The notes below the pieces were generated by a model, which did not search any database, was not told the origin of the DNA, and worked only from the letters and a program-made list of their open reading frames with translations. This document shows positions 28,497 to 36,318 of a stretch of 38,729 nucleotides of DNA, piece after piece. Origin of the DNA: Shigella phage ESh10; the sequence record ON528723. One strand, written 5' to 3'. Within the stretch, counting starts at the first letter, position 1; each line of letters starts with the position of its first letter. The position numbers were made by a program, and so were the translations under genes.

Positions 28497-30239
28497 ATGG
28501 CTACAACTATTAAGACCGTGATGACTTACCCGCTGGATGGTTCAACTACGGACTTTAATATTCCGTTCGAGTATCTGGCGCGTAAGTTCGTCCGAGTGAC
28601 CCTTATCGGTGTTGACCGAAAGGAACTCATCTTGAATAAAGACTATCGTTTTGCGACTAAGACCACAATCTCCACAACGAGAGCATTGGGGCCAGCGGAC
28701 GGTTATAACCTTATCGAGATTCGTCGGTACACCTCAGCGACTGAACGTCTGGTTGACTTTACGGATGGCTCAATCCTCCGTGCGTATGACCTGAACATCT
28801 CGCAGGTGCAGACCCTCCACGTTGCTGAGGAAGCGCGTGACCTTACCGCTGATACGATTGGCGTTAACAACGATGGTGACTTGGATGCTCGTGGTCGTCG
28901 TATCGTGAACGTTGCGGACGCTAAAGACCACGGTGATGCAATCAACTTAGGTCAAGTCCAGAAGTGGAACGACTCTGCGTTGAACTCTGCGAACCGCGCA
29001 CGGGCTGAGGCCGACCGTGCAACTGTGCGTGCTTCCGAGGCTGCTACCTCTGCGGGTAACTCTGCGAGTTCTGCAAGCCTGTCCCGTGATTGGGCTATCA
29101 AGGAATCGCCGGTGGAAGGAACCTTTAAGTCTTCCCGGTCGTATGCCCTTGACTCTATGGCGTACCGGGATGCGTCCAAGAGTTCTGCTGATGCTAGTGC
29201 TGCAAGTGCTGGTGCCGCGAAGACCTCTGAGATTAACACGAAGAACTCAGAAATCGCCGCGAAGACCTCTGAGACCAACGCGAAGGCCTCTGAGACCAAC
29301 GCTAAGGCTTCCGAGGAACGAGCCATTGAGGAAGCAAATAAGCTGGAGAACATGAATGGATTGGCTGGTGCCCTTGATAGGGTAGATGGAACAAATGTAT
29401 ACTGGAAAGGAAATATTAACGCTAATGGGCGGCTTTTCCTGACCAAAAACGGTTTTGATTGTGGTCAGTATCAACAGTTCTTTGGAGGCGAACCTAACCG
29501 TTACTCTGTCATGGAGTGGGGTGATAAGGACGGCTGGCATTTGTATTCTGAGAGGAAAACCGAAGGCGGTAGGCCAACGCTTAACGTGTTTGGTGATTTG
29601 AGCGTCGGTTTTGATATTCGGGCTGGTGCTACTCAATTTGCTAATCACATGTTTGTACACGACATGGTACAATACTGGCCCGGTGCTGGCAAGTTTGCTA
29701 ACCAGTTGTCTATCCCAGAAGCGCCATTTATCAAACAAGGGAGATACGAGGCCCCATCTGGTAACAGCTTATACGCCCCTATTGTTAAGGGAATCATACG
29801 GACGGCAGGTCACGGGTATAACACAGCGCTGTCCTTTGGTACTCTAACACAGGGTAACGGGTCGTTTGCTTCTGCGTGTATTCATGCGATTGGGGATAAC
29901 GGCACTTCTGGTTTCTGGGAATTTAACCCTAACAATAGGTCCTTCCGTAGTCAAGGTGATGGGCTCTTTGGCAACACTACTGTCTATCAGGATGGTAACA
30001 TCGGTGGCCCTACGTGGGGTGGCGACCTAGCGCAATGGCTCAGAGTAAATACGGTTAACCACATTGCTATGGGTGGAGTCAACCAGTCAACAGTGTGGAA
30101 TAGCTACGGTGTTTCTGATGGTGGCGGTAAGGTAGTAACTGGCGTTGTAAACTCTAACGCTGATGGTGCGATAGACTTTTGTCAGTGGCGTGTTATGCAA
30201 TTCGTTCGTAACGACGGTCAACGCTTTAATATTTACTGA
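28497..30239 (+). CDS. 17: tail fibre protein (T7 gp17-type N-terminal adaptor domain; heterologous-looking distal domain)
   Basis: 580 aa; N-terminus MATTIKTVMTYPLDGSTTDFNIPFEYLARKFV…DFTDGSILRAYDLN is the conserved tail-attachment domain; shaft with heptad-like repeats; distal ~250 aa Gly/Asn/Trp-rich. Confidence 0.9.
   Translation: MATTIKTVMTYPLDGSTTDFNIPFEYLARKFVRVTLIGVDRKELILNKDYRFATKTTISTTRALGPADGYNLIEIRRYTSATERLVDFTDGSILRAYDLNISQVQTLHVAEEARDLTADTIGVNNDGDLDARGRRIVNVADAKDHGDAINLGQVQKWNDSALNSANRARAEADRATVRASEAATSAGNSASSASLSRDWAIKESPVEGTFKSSRSYALDSMAYRDASKSSADASAASAGAAKTSEINTKNSEIAAKTSETNAKASETNAKASEERAIEEANKLENMNGLAGALDRVDGTNVYWKGNINANGRLFLTKNGFDCGQYQQFFGGEPNRYSVMEWGDKDGWHLYSERKTEGGRPTLNVFGDLSVGFDIRAGATQFANHMFVHDMVQYWPGAGKFANQLSIPEAPFIKQGRYEAPSGNSLYAPIVKGIIRTAGHGYNTALSFGTLTQGNGSFASACIHAIGDNGTSGFWEFNPNNRSFRSQGDGLFGNTTVYQDGNIGGPTWGGDLAQWLRVNTVNHIAMGGVNQSTVWNSYGVSDGGGKVVTGVVNSNADGAIDFCQWRVMQFVRNDGQRFNIY
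29217..29322 (+). repeat. approximately 21-bp imperfect tandem repeat (about 4-5 units) within gene 17
   Basis: gcgaagacctctgagaccaac-like units; protein-level repeat AKTSE(T/I)N. Confidence 0.6.
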
Positions 30240-30251
30240 TAGGAGGACGAT

Positions 30252-30776
30252 ATGGGAACTTTACGTCACTATAAGAATTTCGTAAATTACACTCCAGAAC
30301 GCACCAAAGAGAATGCAGACCTTCTAGACCACGGAGTCGGTTTCTCAAAGGATGAGAACGGGAATGACTGGTATGAACTTCGCAATACATTCCGTGAGGA
30401 TACATGGAAACTTGTCTACGCCAAAGATGGTTCAGTTATTCAATGTGAACAGGATGTTCAGGAGTTAGCCGTTCAGGGATCTGCTGGGGTGGTTGAGCTT
30501 GAGGAAATCCCTACTGAGTATTCTCGGTACAATATGGTTCAGTGGGGGTGGGACGGCGATAAGCTAACTTGGCATCCTCGGTACTTTGAGCACAAGAAGG
30601 CCCAGCTAATCTCTATGGCCTCCAAGAAGATTGAGCAGTATGCTGACTTTATAGCTCTTGGGGAGGAGGGATTAGAGGGTCTACTAAATGCGTGGCGAGC
30701 CTATCGCCTTGCTGTATATAAAGTAGACCTTAGTGTTCTACCTTTCTATGACTGGCCCGAGCAACCAGAAACCTAA
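30252..30776 (+). CDS. tail fibre assembly (Tfa-like) chaperone
   Basis: 174 aa; AGGAGG SD 13 nt after gene 17 stop; C-terminus …GLLNAWRAYRLAVYKVDLSVLPFYDWPEQPET matches the lambda Tfa / P2 G / Mu U C-terminal motif (LxAWxxYRxxLxxVDxSxxPxxxWPxxP). Confidence 0.7.
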   Translation: MGTLRHYKNFVNYTPERTKENADLLDHGVGFSKDENGNDWYELRNTFREDTWKLVYAKDGSVIQCEQDVQELAVQGSAGVVELEEIPTEYSRYNMVQWGWDGDKLTWHPRYFEHKKAQLISMASKKIEQYADFIALGEEGLEGLLNAWRAYRLAVYKVDLSVLPFYDWPEQPET

Positions 30777-30835
30777 TGACAACCTCAAGGAAAGACGTGT
30801 AGTCCACGGATGGACTCTTACAAGGAGGACACTAC

Positions 30836-31039
30836 ATGCTGTCTTTAGATTTTAACAACGAGTTAGTCAAGGCTGCACCTATTGTTGGTACAGGTGTTGC
30901 CGATGGCGCTGCGAGGCTTTTCTTCGGGTTGAGTCTTAATGAGTGGTTCTACGTTGCAGCTATCGCCTACACAGTGGTTCAGATTGGTGCCAAGGTAGTC
31001 GATAAGATGATTGACTGGAAACGTGCAAATAAGGAGTGA
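30836..31039 (+). CDS. 17.5: type II holin
   Basis: 67 aa; a hydrophobic segment and a charged C-terminus; T7 gp17.5-like. Confidence 0.8.
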   Translation: MLSLDFNNELVKAAPIVGTGVADGAARLFFGLSLNEWFYVAAIAYTVVQIGAKVVDKMIDWKRANKE

Positions 31040-31042
31040 CCT

Positions 31043-31309
31043 ATGAGTGACAAGACTTTAATCAAGCTGCTGGAGATGCTGGACACGGAGATGGCACAGC
31101 GTATGCTTGCTGACCTCCAGAGCGAGGAACGCCGAACTCCGCAGCTTTACAACGCAATCGGCAAACTGTTAGACCGCCATAAGTTCCAAATCAGTAAGCT
31201 GACCCCGGATGAGAACATCCTCGGTGGACTGGCGGCAGGTCTGGAAGACTACAACAAAGTGGTAGGCCCTAATGGTCTGACTGACGATGAGGCCATCACG
31301 CTACAGTAA
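31043..31309 (+). CDS. 18: terminase small subunit (DNA maturation protein A)
   Basis: 88 aa; T7 gp18-like. Confidence 0.85.
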   Translation: MSDKTLIKLLEMLDTEMAQRMLADLQSEERRTPQLYNAIGKLLDRHKFQISKLTPDENILGGLAAGLEDYNKVVGPNGLTDDEAITLQ

Positions 31310-31316
31310 GTGACAT

Positions 31317-31349
31317 ACTCAAGGTTCTCCACGCGGGGAGCCTTTATGG
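31317..31349 (+). promoter_or_regulatory. RNase III-type processing hairpin
   Basis: actcaaggttctccacgcggggagcctttatgga. Confidence 0.55.
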
Positions 31350-31398
31350 ATGTTATTTGGCGCATCTATGTGAAATCTGAAAATTGATGGGAGGTGTT

Positions 31399-31851
31399 AT
31401 GCTAAAACTTTTACGCAGCGCACTCCCTTGGGTACTCGCCGGGACACTCTTTATGGGTGGCTGGCACTTAGGGTCAACCCATGAGAGAGCAAACTGGAAG
31501 GAGGTAATTCAAAATGAATACATTGCGAAAACAAAAGCAACCGCAGCAACTCAGGCAGAGGTCGGTCGTGTATCCCGTGAGTACCAAGAAGAGATTGCAG
31601 CCATTGAAGGCAGCACTGATAGGATGCTTAATGACCTGCGTAGTAATAATAAGCGGCTGTCAGTCCGCATCAAGACCCTTACCGGACTACCAGAAGATAA
31701 CGGTAGATGCGAGTTTAATGGTCGAGCCGAACTACACGAGTCAGATGCTAAGCGTATTATCGGAATAACCCAAGCTGCTGATGCTCACGTAAGAGCGCTC
31801 CAGCGTACTATTAAGGAGATGCAGAATGAGCGACACCCAAGCAAACCGTAA
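31399..31851 (+). CDS. 18.5: i-spanin (Rz-like)
   Basis: 150 aa from ATG 31399 (GGGAGG SD); N-terminal TM segment then coiled-coil-like periplasmic domain. Confidence 0.8.
   Translation: MLKLLRSALPWVLAGTLFMGGWHLGSTHERANWKEVIQNEYIAKTKATAATQAEVGRVSREYQEEIAAIEGSTDRMLNDLRSNNKRLSVRIKTLTGLPEDNGRCEFNGRAELHESDAKRIIGITQAADAHVRALQRTIKEMQNERHPSKP
31514..31768 (+). CDS. 18.7: o-spanin (Rz1-like lipoprotein) nested out of frame inside the Rz gene
   Basis: 84 aa; lipobox-like …VVIISGC followed by Pro-rich short mature region; entirely within 31399..31851 in another frame. Confidence 0.7.
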   Translation: MNTLRKQKQPQQLRQRSVVYPVSTKKRLQPLKAALIGCLMTCVVIISGCQSASRPLPDYQKITVDASLMVEPNYTSQMLSVLSE

Positions 31852-33589
31852 TGCGCTAATCATCGCGCAGCTTAAGGGTGACTTCGTGGCCTTCCTGTTC
31901 GTATTGTGGAAGGCTTTGGCTCTCCCGCCACCGACTAAGTGTCAGATTGATATGGCCCGGTGTCTGGCTAACGGAGACAACAAGAAGTTTATCCTACAGG
32001 CTTTCCGTGGTATCGGTAAGTCATTCATCACTTGTGCGTTCGTTGTGTGGACGTTATGGCGTGACCCTCAGTTGAAGATACTGATTGTCTCTGCATCCAA
32101 AGAACGTGCGGACGCTAACTCCATCTTCATCAAGAACATCATTGACCTGCTACCATTCTTGGCTGAGCTAAAGCCTCGCCCCGGTCAGCGTGACTCTGTG
32201 ATTAGTTTCGATGTTGGCCCTGCCAAGCCTGACCACTCTCCGTCTGTGAAGTCGGTGGGTATCACTGGTCAGTTGACTGGTAGCCGTGCTGATATCATCA
32301 TAGCGGATGACGTTGAGATTCCGTCTAACTCCGCAACTCAAGGTGCCCGTGAGAAGCTGTGGACTCTGGTGCAGGAATTTGCTGCGCTTCTGAAACCGCT
32401 GCCAACTTCTCGCGTTATCTACCTTGGCACGCCTCAAACCGAAATGACCTTGTACAAGGAACTCGAAGATAACCGTGGGTACACCACAATAATCTGGCCT
32501 GCGCTCTATCCGCGTAGCCGTGAGGAAGACTTGTACTATGGCGACCGTCTGGCCCCGATGCTCCGCGAAGAGTTCAACGATGGGTTCGAGATGCTCCAAG
32601 GTCAACCGACTGACCCCGTGCGCTTCGATATGGAAGACCTGCGTGAGCGTGAGTTGGAATACGGTAAGGCGGGCTTCACTTTGCAGTTCATGCTCAACCC
32701 GAACCTGAGTGATGCCGAGAAGTACCCCTTACGCCTCCGTGACGCTATCGTGTGCGGTCTGGACTTCGAGAAAGCCCCGATGCATTACCAGTGGCTTCCG
32801 AACCGTCAGAATCGCAATGAAGAGCTTCCTAACGTGGGCCTTAAGGGTGATGATATTCATAGCTATCATTCGTGCAGCCAGAACACTGGACAGTACCAGC
32901 AACGCATCCTCGTGATTGACCCTAGTGGTCGCGGTAAGGATGAGACAGGTTACGCAGTGTTGTTCACCCTGAATGGCTACATCTATCTGATGGAAGCTGG
33001 CGGGTTCCGCGATGGTTATTCCGATAAGACCCTTGAGTCCCTCGCTAAGAAAGCGAAGCAGTGGAAGGTTCAGACAGTGGTCTTCGAGAGTAACTTCGGG
33101 GATGGTATGTTTGGTAAGGTATTCAGCCCTGTGCTCCTGAAACACCATGCAGCCGCTATGGAAGAGATTCGCGCTCGTGGTATGAAGGAACTACGCATTT
33201 GTGATACGCTGGAGCCTGTACTCTCTACGCACCGCCTTGTGATTCGTGACGAGGTGATTCGTGAGGACTACCAGACTGCCCGTGATGCTGATGGCAAGCA
33301 TGACGTTCGCTATTCACTGTTCTACCAGTTGACCCGTATGGCCCGTGAGAAGGGCGCTGTGGCACATGACGACCGACTTGATGCGTTAGCATTGGGTGTG
33401 GAGTTCTTACGCTCTACGATGGAACTGGACGCCGTGAAGGTGGAGGCTGAGGTGCTTGAGGCGTTCTTAGAGGAACACATGGAGCACCCAATCCATTCGG
33501 CTGGTCATGTAGTTACCTCTATGGTTGACGGGATGGAACTCTATTGGGAGGATGACGATGTGAATAGCAACAGGTTCATTGACTGGTAG
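31826..33589 (+). CDS. 19: terminase large subunit (DNA maturation protein B)
   Basis: 587 aa; Walker A-like …GIGKSF…, T7 gp19-like along its length. Confidence 0.95.
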   Translation: MSDTQANRNALIIAQLKGDFVAFLFVLWKALALPPPTKCQIDMARCLANGDNKKFILQAFRGIGKSFITCAFVVWTLWRDPQLKILIVSASKERADANSIFIKNIIDLLPFLAELKPRPGQRDSVISFDVGPAKPDHSPSVKSVGITGQLTGSRADIIIADDVEIPSNSATQGAREKLWTLVQEFAALLKPLPTSRVIYLGTPQTEMTLYKELEDNRGYTTIIWPALYPRSREEDLYYGDRLAPMLREEFNDGFEMLQGQPTDPVRFDMEDLRERELEYGKAGFTLQFMLNPNLSDAEKYPLRLRDAIVCGLDFEKAPMHYQWLPNRQNRNEELPNVGLKGDDIHSYHSCSQNTGQYQQRILVIDPSGRGKDETGYAVLFTLNGYIYLMEAGGFRDGYSDKTLESLAKKAKQWKVQTVVFESNFGDGMFGKVFSPVLLKHHAAAMEEIRARGMKELRICDTLEPVLSTHRLVIRDEVIREDYQTARDADGKHDVRYSLFYQLTRMAREKGAVAHDDRLDALALGVEFLRSTMELDAVKVEAEVLEAFLEEHMEHPIHSAGHVVTSMVDGMELYWEDDDVNSNRFIDW

Positions 33590-33669
33590 TTATGCATATT
33601 GAGCGCATAAGGAAGCATTGAGACCACGGATGGTCACTTTAAGAAACTCCTTAAGAATCAATGAGTTTG

Positions 33670-33692
33670 AATTAACCCTCACTAAAGGGAGA
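33670..33692 (+). promoter_or_regulatory. T3-type phage RNAP promoter (right-end promoter, phiOR-like)
   Basis: aattaaccctcactaaagggagag. Confidence 0.8.
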
Positions 33693-33832
33693 GAGGGGAC
33701 TTAAAGCTATTATATAGGTTAGTCATTCAGGTTATGCAATGACCCTTTATGCACTTTAAGTCTCCTCTATGATTGGTGATATTATCATTGTATAATCACC
33801 CTACCTTAGAGCAACTGAAAGGAGGTGGCTCA

Positions 33833-33982
33833 ATGTTGCGCTTGCTGATTGCCCTGCTGCGTCATAGAGTCACTTGGCGATTTCTTCTGGTACTTACTGC
33901 TACCCTTGGGTACGCAGGTCTTACTGACCACCTCGGTCAACTGGAAGTGGCCTTTTGCTCTATACTCTCTTGTGGGGATTAA
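33833..33982 (+). CDS. 19.5: gene 19.5 protein (49 aa, hydrophobic)
   Basis: ATG 33833 after AAGGAGG; 49 aa as T7 gp19.5; ORF-track start 33773 lacks an SD. Confidence 0.55.
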   Translation: MLRLLIALLRHRVTWRFLLVLTATLGYAGLTDHLGQLEVAFCSILSCGD

Positions 33983-34076
33983 ATTATTGTTGATGACCGA
34001 CAAGCGGCTCTGAGGGATTCGTAGGTATAGTTTCACTACACCAACTCATCCCTCTAGAGTCAACCATAAAGGTTAT

Positions 34077-34555
34077 ACCTAAAGATGCCCTGTAGTTCGT
34101 AATGGTCTTACAGGGTCTTCTGGTGTCTCCTAGCTATCCCTTCGGGATGCGCCTATGGTCTCACCTATGGTGTGGCCTTACCTAAAGTGGTTGCCTAAAG
34201 AGACCCTTTAAGAATTTACCACAAAAATCTGAATGGGTATCTCACAGTTCAAGAACCCAAAGTACCCCCATAGCCCTCCTAAAGCCACCTAAAGCCAGCC
34301 CTACCCTAGGGTTTAACCTTCGGTTAACCTTGGGTATCTCCTCAAGTGGCCTATAGGATAGCCTAAAGTGTTGCCTAAAGTCAATACCTAAAGAGGTGGA
34401 TGGCTTAAGGAGGACTTGAAGAGTGTCCTAGTGTACCAGTTCGATAGTACATCTCTATGTGTCCCTATCTGTTAGCCTCATAAAGTAAACCCTAAAGCCA
34501 CCACCTAAAGACCAGACCTAAAGCCACCACCTAAAGAGTAGCGCTATCTTAAAGA
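34077..34555 (+). repeat. array of dispersed CCTAAAG-type heptamer repeats typical of T7-family genome ends
   Basis: More than 12 copies of (A)CCTAAAG or one-mismatch variants, e.g. 34077, 34181, 34194 and the run ccctaaagccaccacctaaagaccagacctaaagccaccacctaaagag. Confidence 0.7.
34240..34470 (+). repeat. terminal repeat of the mature genome (single copy here; genome left end at 34240)
   Basis: tctcacagttcaagaacccaaagtaccccc at 34240 matches the extreme left end of T3/T7 DNA (TCTCA(C/T)AGT…); right boundary (~34466-34470, …tgtgtccct) placed by analogy and approximate. Confidence 0.5.
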
Positions 34556-34628
34556 CAACCAGACCGATAGACCAACTGTTAACCTGTAGTGATGCCCTGT
34601 AGTTGTCTATGGTGTCTATCGTCAATTC

Positions 34629-34650
34629 AATTACCCTCACTAAAGGGAAT
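34629..34650 (+). promoter_or_regulatory. T3-type phage RNAP promoter (left-end promoter, phiOL-like)
   Basis: aattaccctcactaaagggaat followed by AT-rich segment. Confidence 0.75.
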
Positions 34651-34704
34651 GAGGTTGATACTTAAAGAGGGAATAAAGATTTAATAAAAGATTTAAATTA
34701 ATGG

Positions 34705-34734
34705 TTGACTTTAAGTTACCTTTAAGGCTATTAT
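34705..34734 (+). promoter_or_regulatory. host sigma70 early promoter (A1-like)
   Basis: TTGACT (34705..34710), 18-nt spacer, TATTAT (34729..34734). Confidence 0.65.
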
Positions 34735-34833
34735 TCATCACGTCAACGGGACAACGGCCTTAAAGCCACTCCCTGAGATACCGGAGTCAACCGGATAAGT
34801 AGACAGCCTGATAAGTCATACGAAAAACAGGCA

Positions 34834-34862
34834 TTGACAACATGAAGTAAACGCAGTAAGAT
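34834..34862 (+). promoter_or_regulatory. host sigma70 early promoter (A2-like)
   Basis: TTGACAacatgaagtaa… -35 at 34834..34839, 17-nt spacer, TAAGAT at 34857..34862; near-identical to T7 A2. Confidence 0.8.
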
Positions 34863-34934
34863 GCACAACATGACGTTAACCACCGCTTCGGTGTCTTCTA
34901 GGCGACTTAAGCGCACCACGGCACATAAAGCGAA

Positions 34935-34963
34935 ACAAAATGGTTGACAACATGAAGTAAGCA
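34935..34963 (+). promoter_or_regulatory. host sigma70 early promoter (A3-like)
   Basis: TTGACAacatgaagtaagcacgg TACGAT; -35 at 34935..34940, -10 at 34958..34963; near-identical to T7 A3. Confidence 0.8.
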
Positions 34964-35184
34964 CGGTACGATGTACCACATGAAAGACACCGAGTGTCGT
35001 AGGTGTAAAAACGCGACATAGTGGATAGATGGCGAAAGCACAAGCGACCACGATAATAAAGAGCTTGTCGCACTTATAACGCAAGTGACGGCTAACACTG
35101 AAATAGCCTCAGCTCGACGAAACTGTAGCCTAAAGTTCTTTAACAATCTGGATAATAGCTCTTGAGTGTACCGTATAAGCGAAT

Positions 35185-35222
35185 AACTCAAGGTCGCACT
35201 GAAAGCGTGGCCTTTATGATAT
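35185..35222 (+). promoter_or_regulatory. RNase III-type processing hairpin upstream of gene 0.3
   Basis: aactcaaggtcgcactgaaagcgtggcctttatgat. Confidence 0.65.
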
Positions 35223-35256
35223 TCACTTAACATGAACTAACATGAGGTAACACCAA

Positions 35257-35715
35257 ATGATTTTCACTAAAGAGCCTGCTAACGTCTTCTATGTACTGGT
35301 GTCAGCATTCCGTTCTAACCTTGATGATGAGGTGAACATGAGCCGCCACCGCCACATGGTGAGCGAATTGCGTGCCGCACCGGGTATCTACGGAGAACTT
35401 GAGTCTACCGATTTGACCGGGTGCTATCGTGAGAGTATCGCACTGGCTCCAACCGAGGAAAAGACCATGCGTTTACTCTGCAAGAACAAAGAGCAGGCAC
35501 TACAGGTAGCTCGCTTAGCTTGCAATGAGTATGAGCAAGATTGCGTACTGGTATACAAATCACAGACTCACACAGCGGGATTGGTGTACGCTAAGGGTAT
35601 CGACGGTTACAAGGCTGAACGTCTGCCGGGTAGCTTCCAAGAAGTGCCCAAAGGCGCACCGCTGCAAGGCTGCTTTACGATTGACGAGTTCGGTCGCCGC
35701 TGGCAGGTGGCCTAA
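35257..35715 (+). CDS. 0.3: S-adenosyl-L-methionine hydrolase (SAMase), anti-restriction protein
   Basis: 152 aa; MIFTKEPANVFYVLVSAFRSNL… recognised as T3 gene 0.3 SAMase, not the T7 Ocr DNA mimic. Confidence 0.9.
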   Translation: MIFTKEPANVFYVLVSAFRSNLDDEVNMSRHRHMVSELRAAPGIYGELESTDLTGCYRESIALAPTEEKTMRLLCKNKEQALQVARLACNEYEQDCVLVYKSQTHTAGLVYAKGIDGYKAERLPGSFQEVPKGAPLQGCFTIDEFGRRWQVA

Positions 35716-35716
35716 C

Positions 35717-35872
35717 ATGAATCGTTATTACATCAACGTACCGGGCTGGGGTGGGTCTCTAACCTGCTACGGATACAACGAACGGGACGCACGGAAACGT
35801 TTTAGAGAACAACACGGATTCGGAAGGCTTCCTAATGGGACGCGCCTATGGCTGGACGCCCGTGATTGGTAA
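35717..35872 (+). CDS. small early protein (51 aa), hypothetical
   Basis: MNRYYINVPGWGG…; ATG 2 nt after the 0.3 stop; same frame as ORF 35525..35872. Confidence 0.5.
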   Translation: MNRYYINVPGWGGSLTCYGYNERDARKRFREQHGFGRLPNGTRLWLDARDW

Positions 35873-35877
35873 GTGAT

Positions 35878-35913
35878 AGACTCAAGGTCGCACTGTATGT
35901 GTGGCCTTTATGA
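35878..35913 (+). promoter_or_regulatory. RNase III-type processing hairpin
   Basis: actcaaggtcgcactgtatgtgtggcctttatgatt. Confidence 0.65.
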
Positions 35914-35939
35914 TTATCACTAAGTATAGGACTAACACC

Positions 35940-36140
35940 ATGAGTAAACTTCTGGCAACATCTAAAATAGAAGGCCAATGCACCGTAACACTGCGTGAGT
36001 ATTACCACGGGTCAATGGGAAGCACCTATATTGTGCGATACGGTAAACAGGTCACACATTGGGTAAACCCGATTTTAGCACAAGAGGATTATCAAGCCTG
36101 TGTGATGCACCAAGCAACATGTGCAGGCTGGAATGATTGA
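35940..36140 (+). CDS. small early protein (66 aa), hypothetical
   Basis: MSKLLATSKIEGQCTVTL…; ORF-track start 35901 lies inside the RNase III hairpin, so 35940 is preferred. Confidence 0.5.
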   Translation: MSKLLATSKIEGQCTVTLREYYHGSMGSTYIVRYGKQVTHWVNPILAQEDYQACVMHQATCAGWND

Positions 36141-36159
36141 CATTACAGGAGGATTGGCA

Positions 36160-36318
36160 ATGGTTATCTTTATCGCTGTCGCACTCTTTGCGGTCGCTGG
36201 CTGGTACTCTGAGTCACGCAAGGCCGCTCGCTATCATCGCAAGATGGTTAAACTCATGGAACACTTGGACGCAGAAGGGCGAGGCCGCGAGGCTATCGAA
36301 CTGGTGAAACACGCATGA
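36160..36318 (+). CDS. small early membrane protein (52 aa), hypothetical
   Basis: ATG after CAGGAGG; single predicted TM helix MVIFIAVALFAVAGW. Confidence 0.45.
   Translation: MVIFIAVALFAVAGWYSESRKAARYHRKMVKLMEHLDAEGRGREAIELVKHA

Noticed and set aside
28952-29446. Repetitive ORFs on both strands in the fibre shaft region (also 29017..29355 on plus)
   Set aside because: Artefacts of the 21-bp tandem repeat inside gene 17; the repeated translations (LRPTRRPLRPT…) come from the repeat in wrong frames.
31878-32915. Three short alternative-frame ORFs inside the terminase large subunit gene (31878..32075, 32520..32708, 32709..32915)
   Set aside because: T7 has small nested ORFs in gene 19, but here none has a convincing SD or recognisable product; left uncalled.
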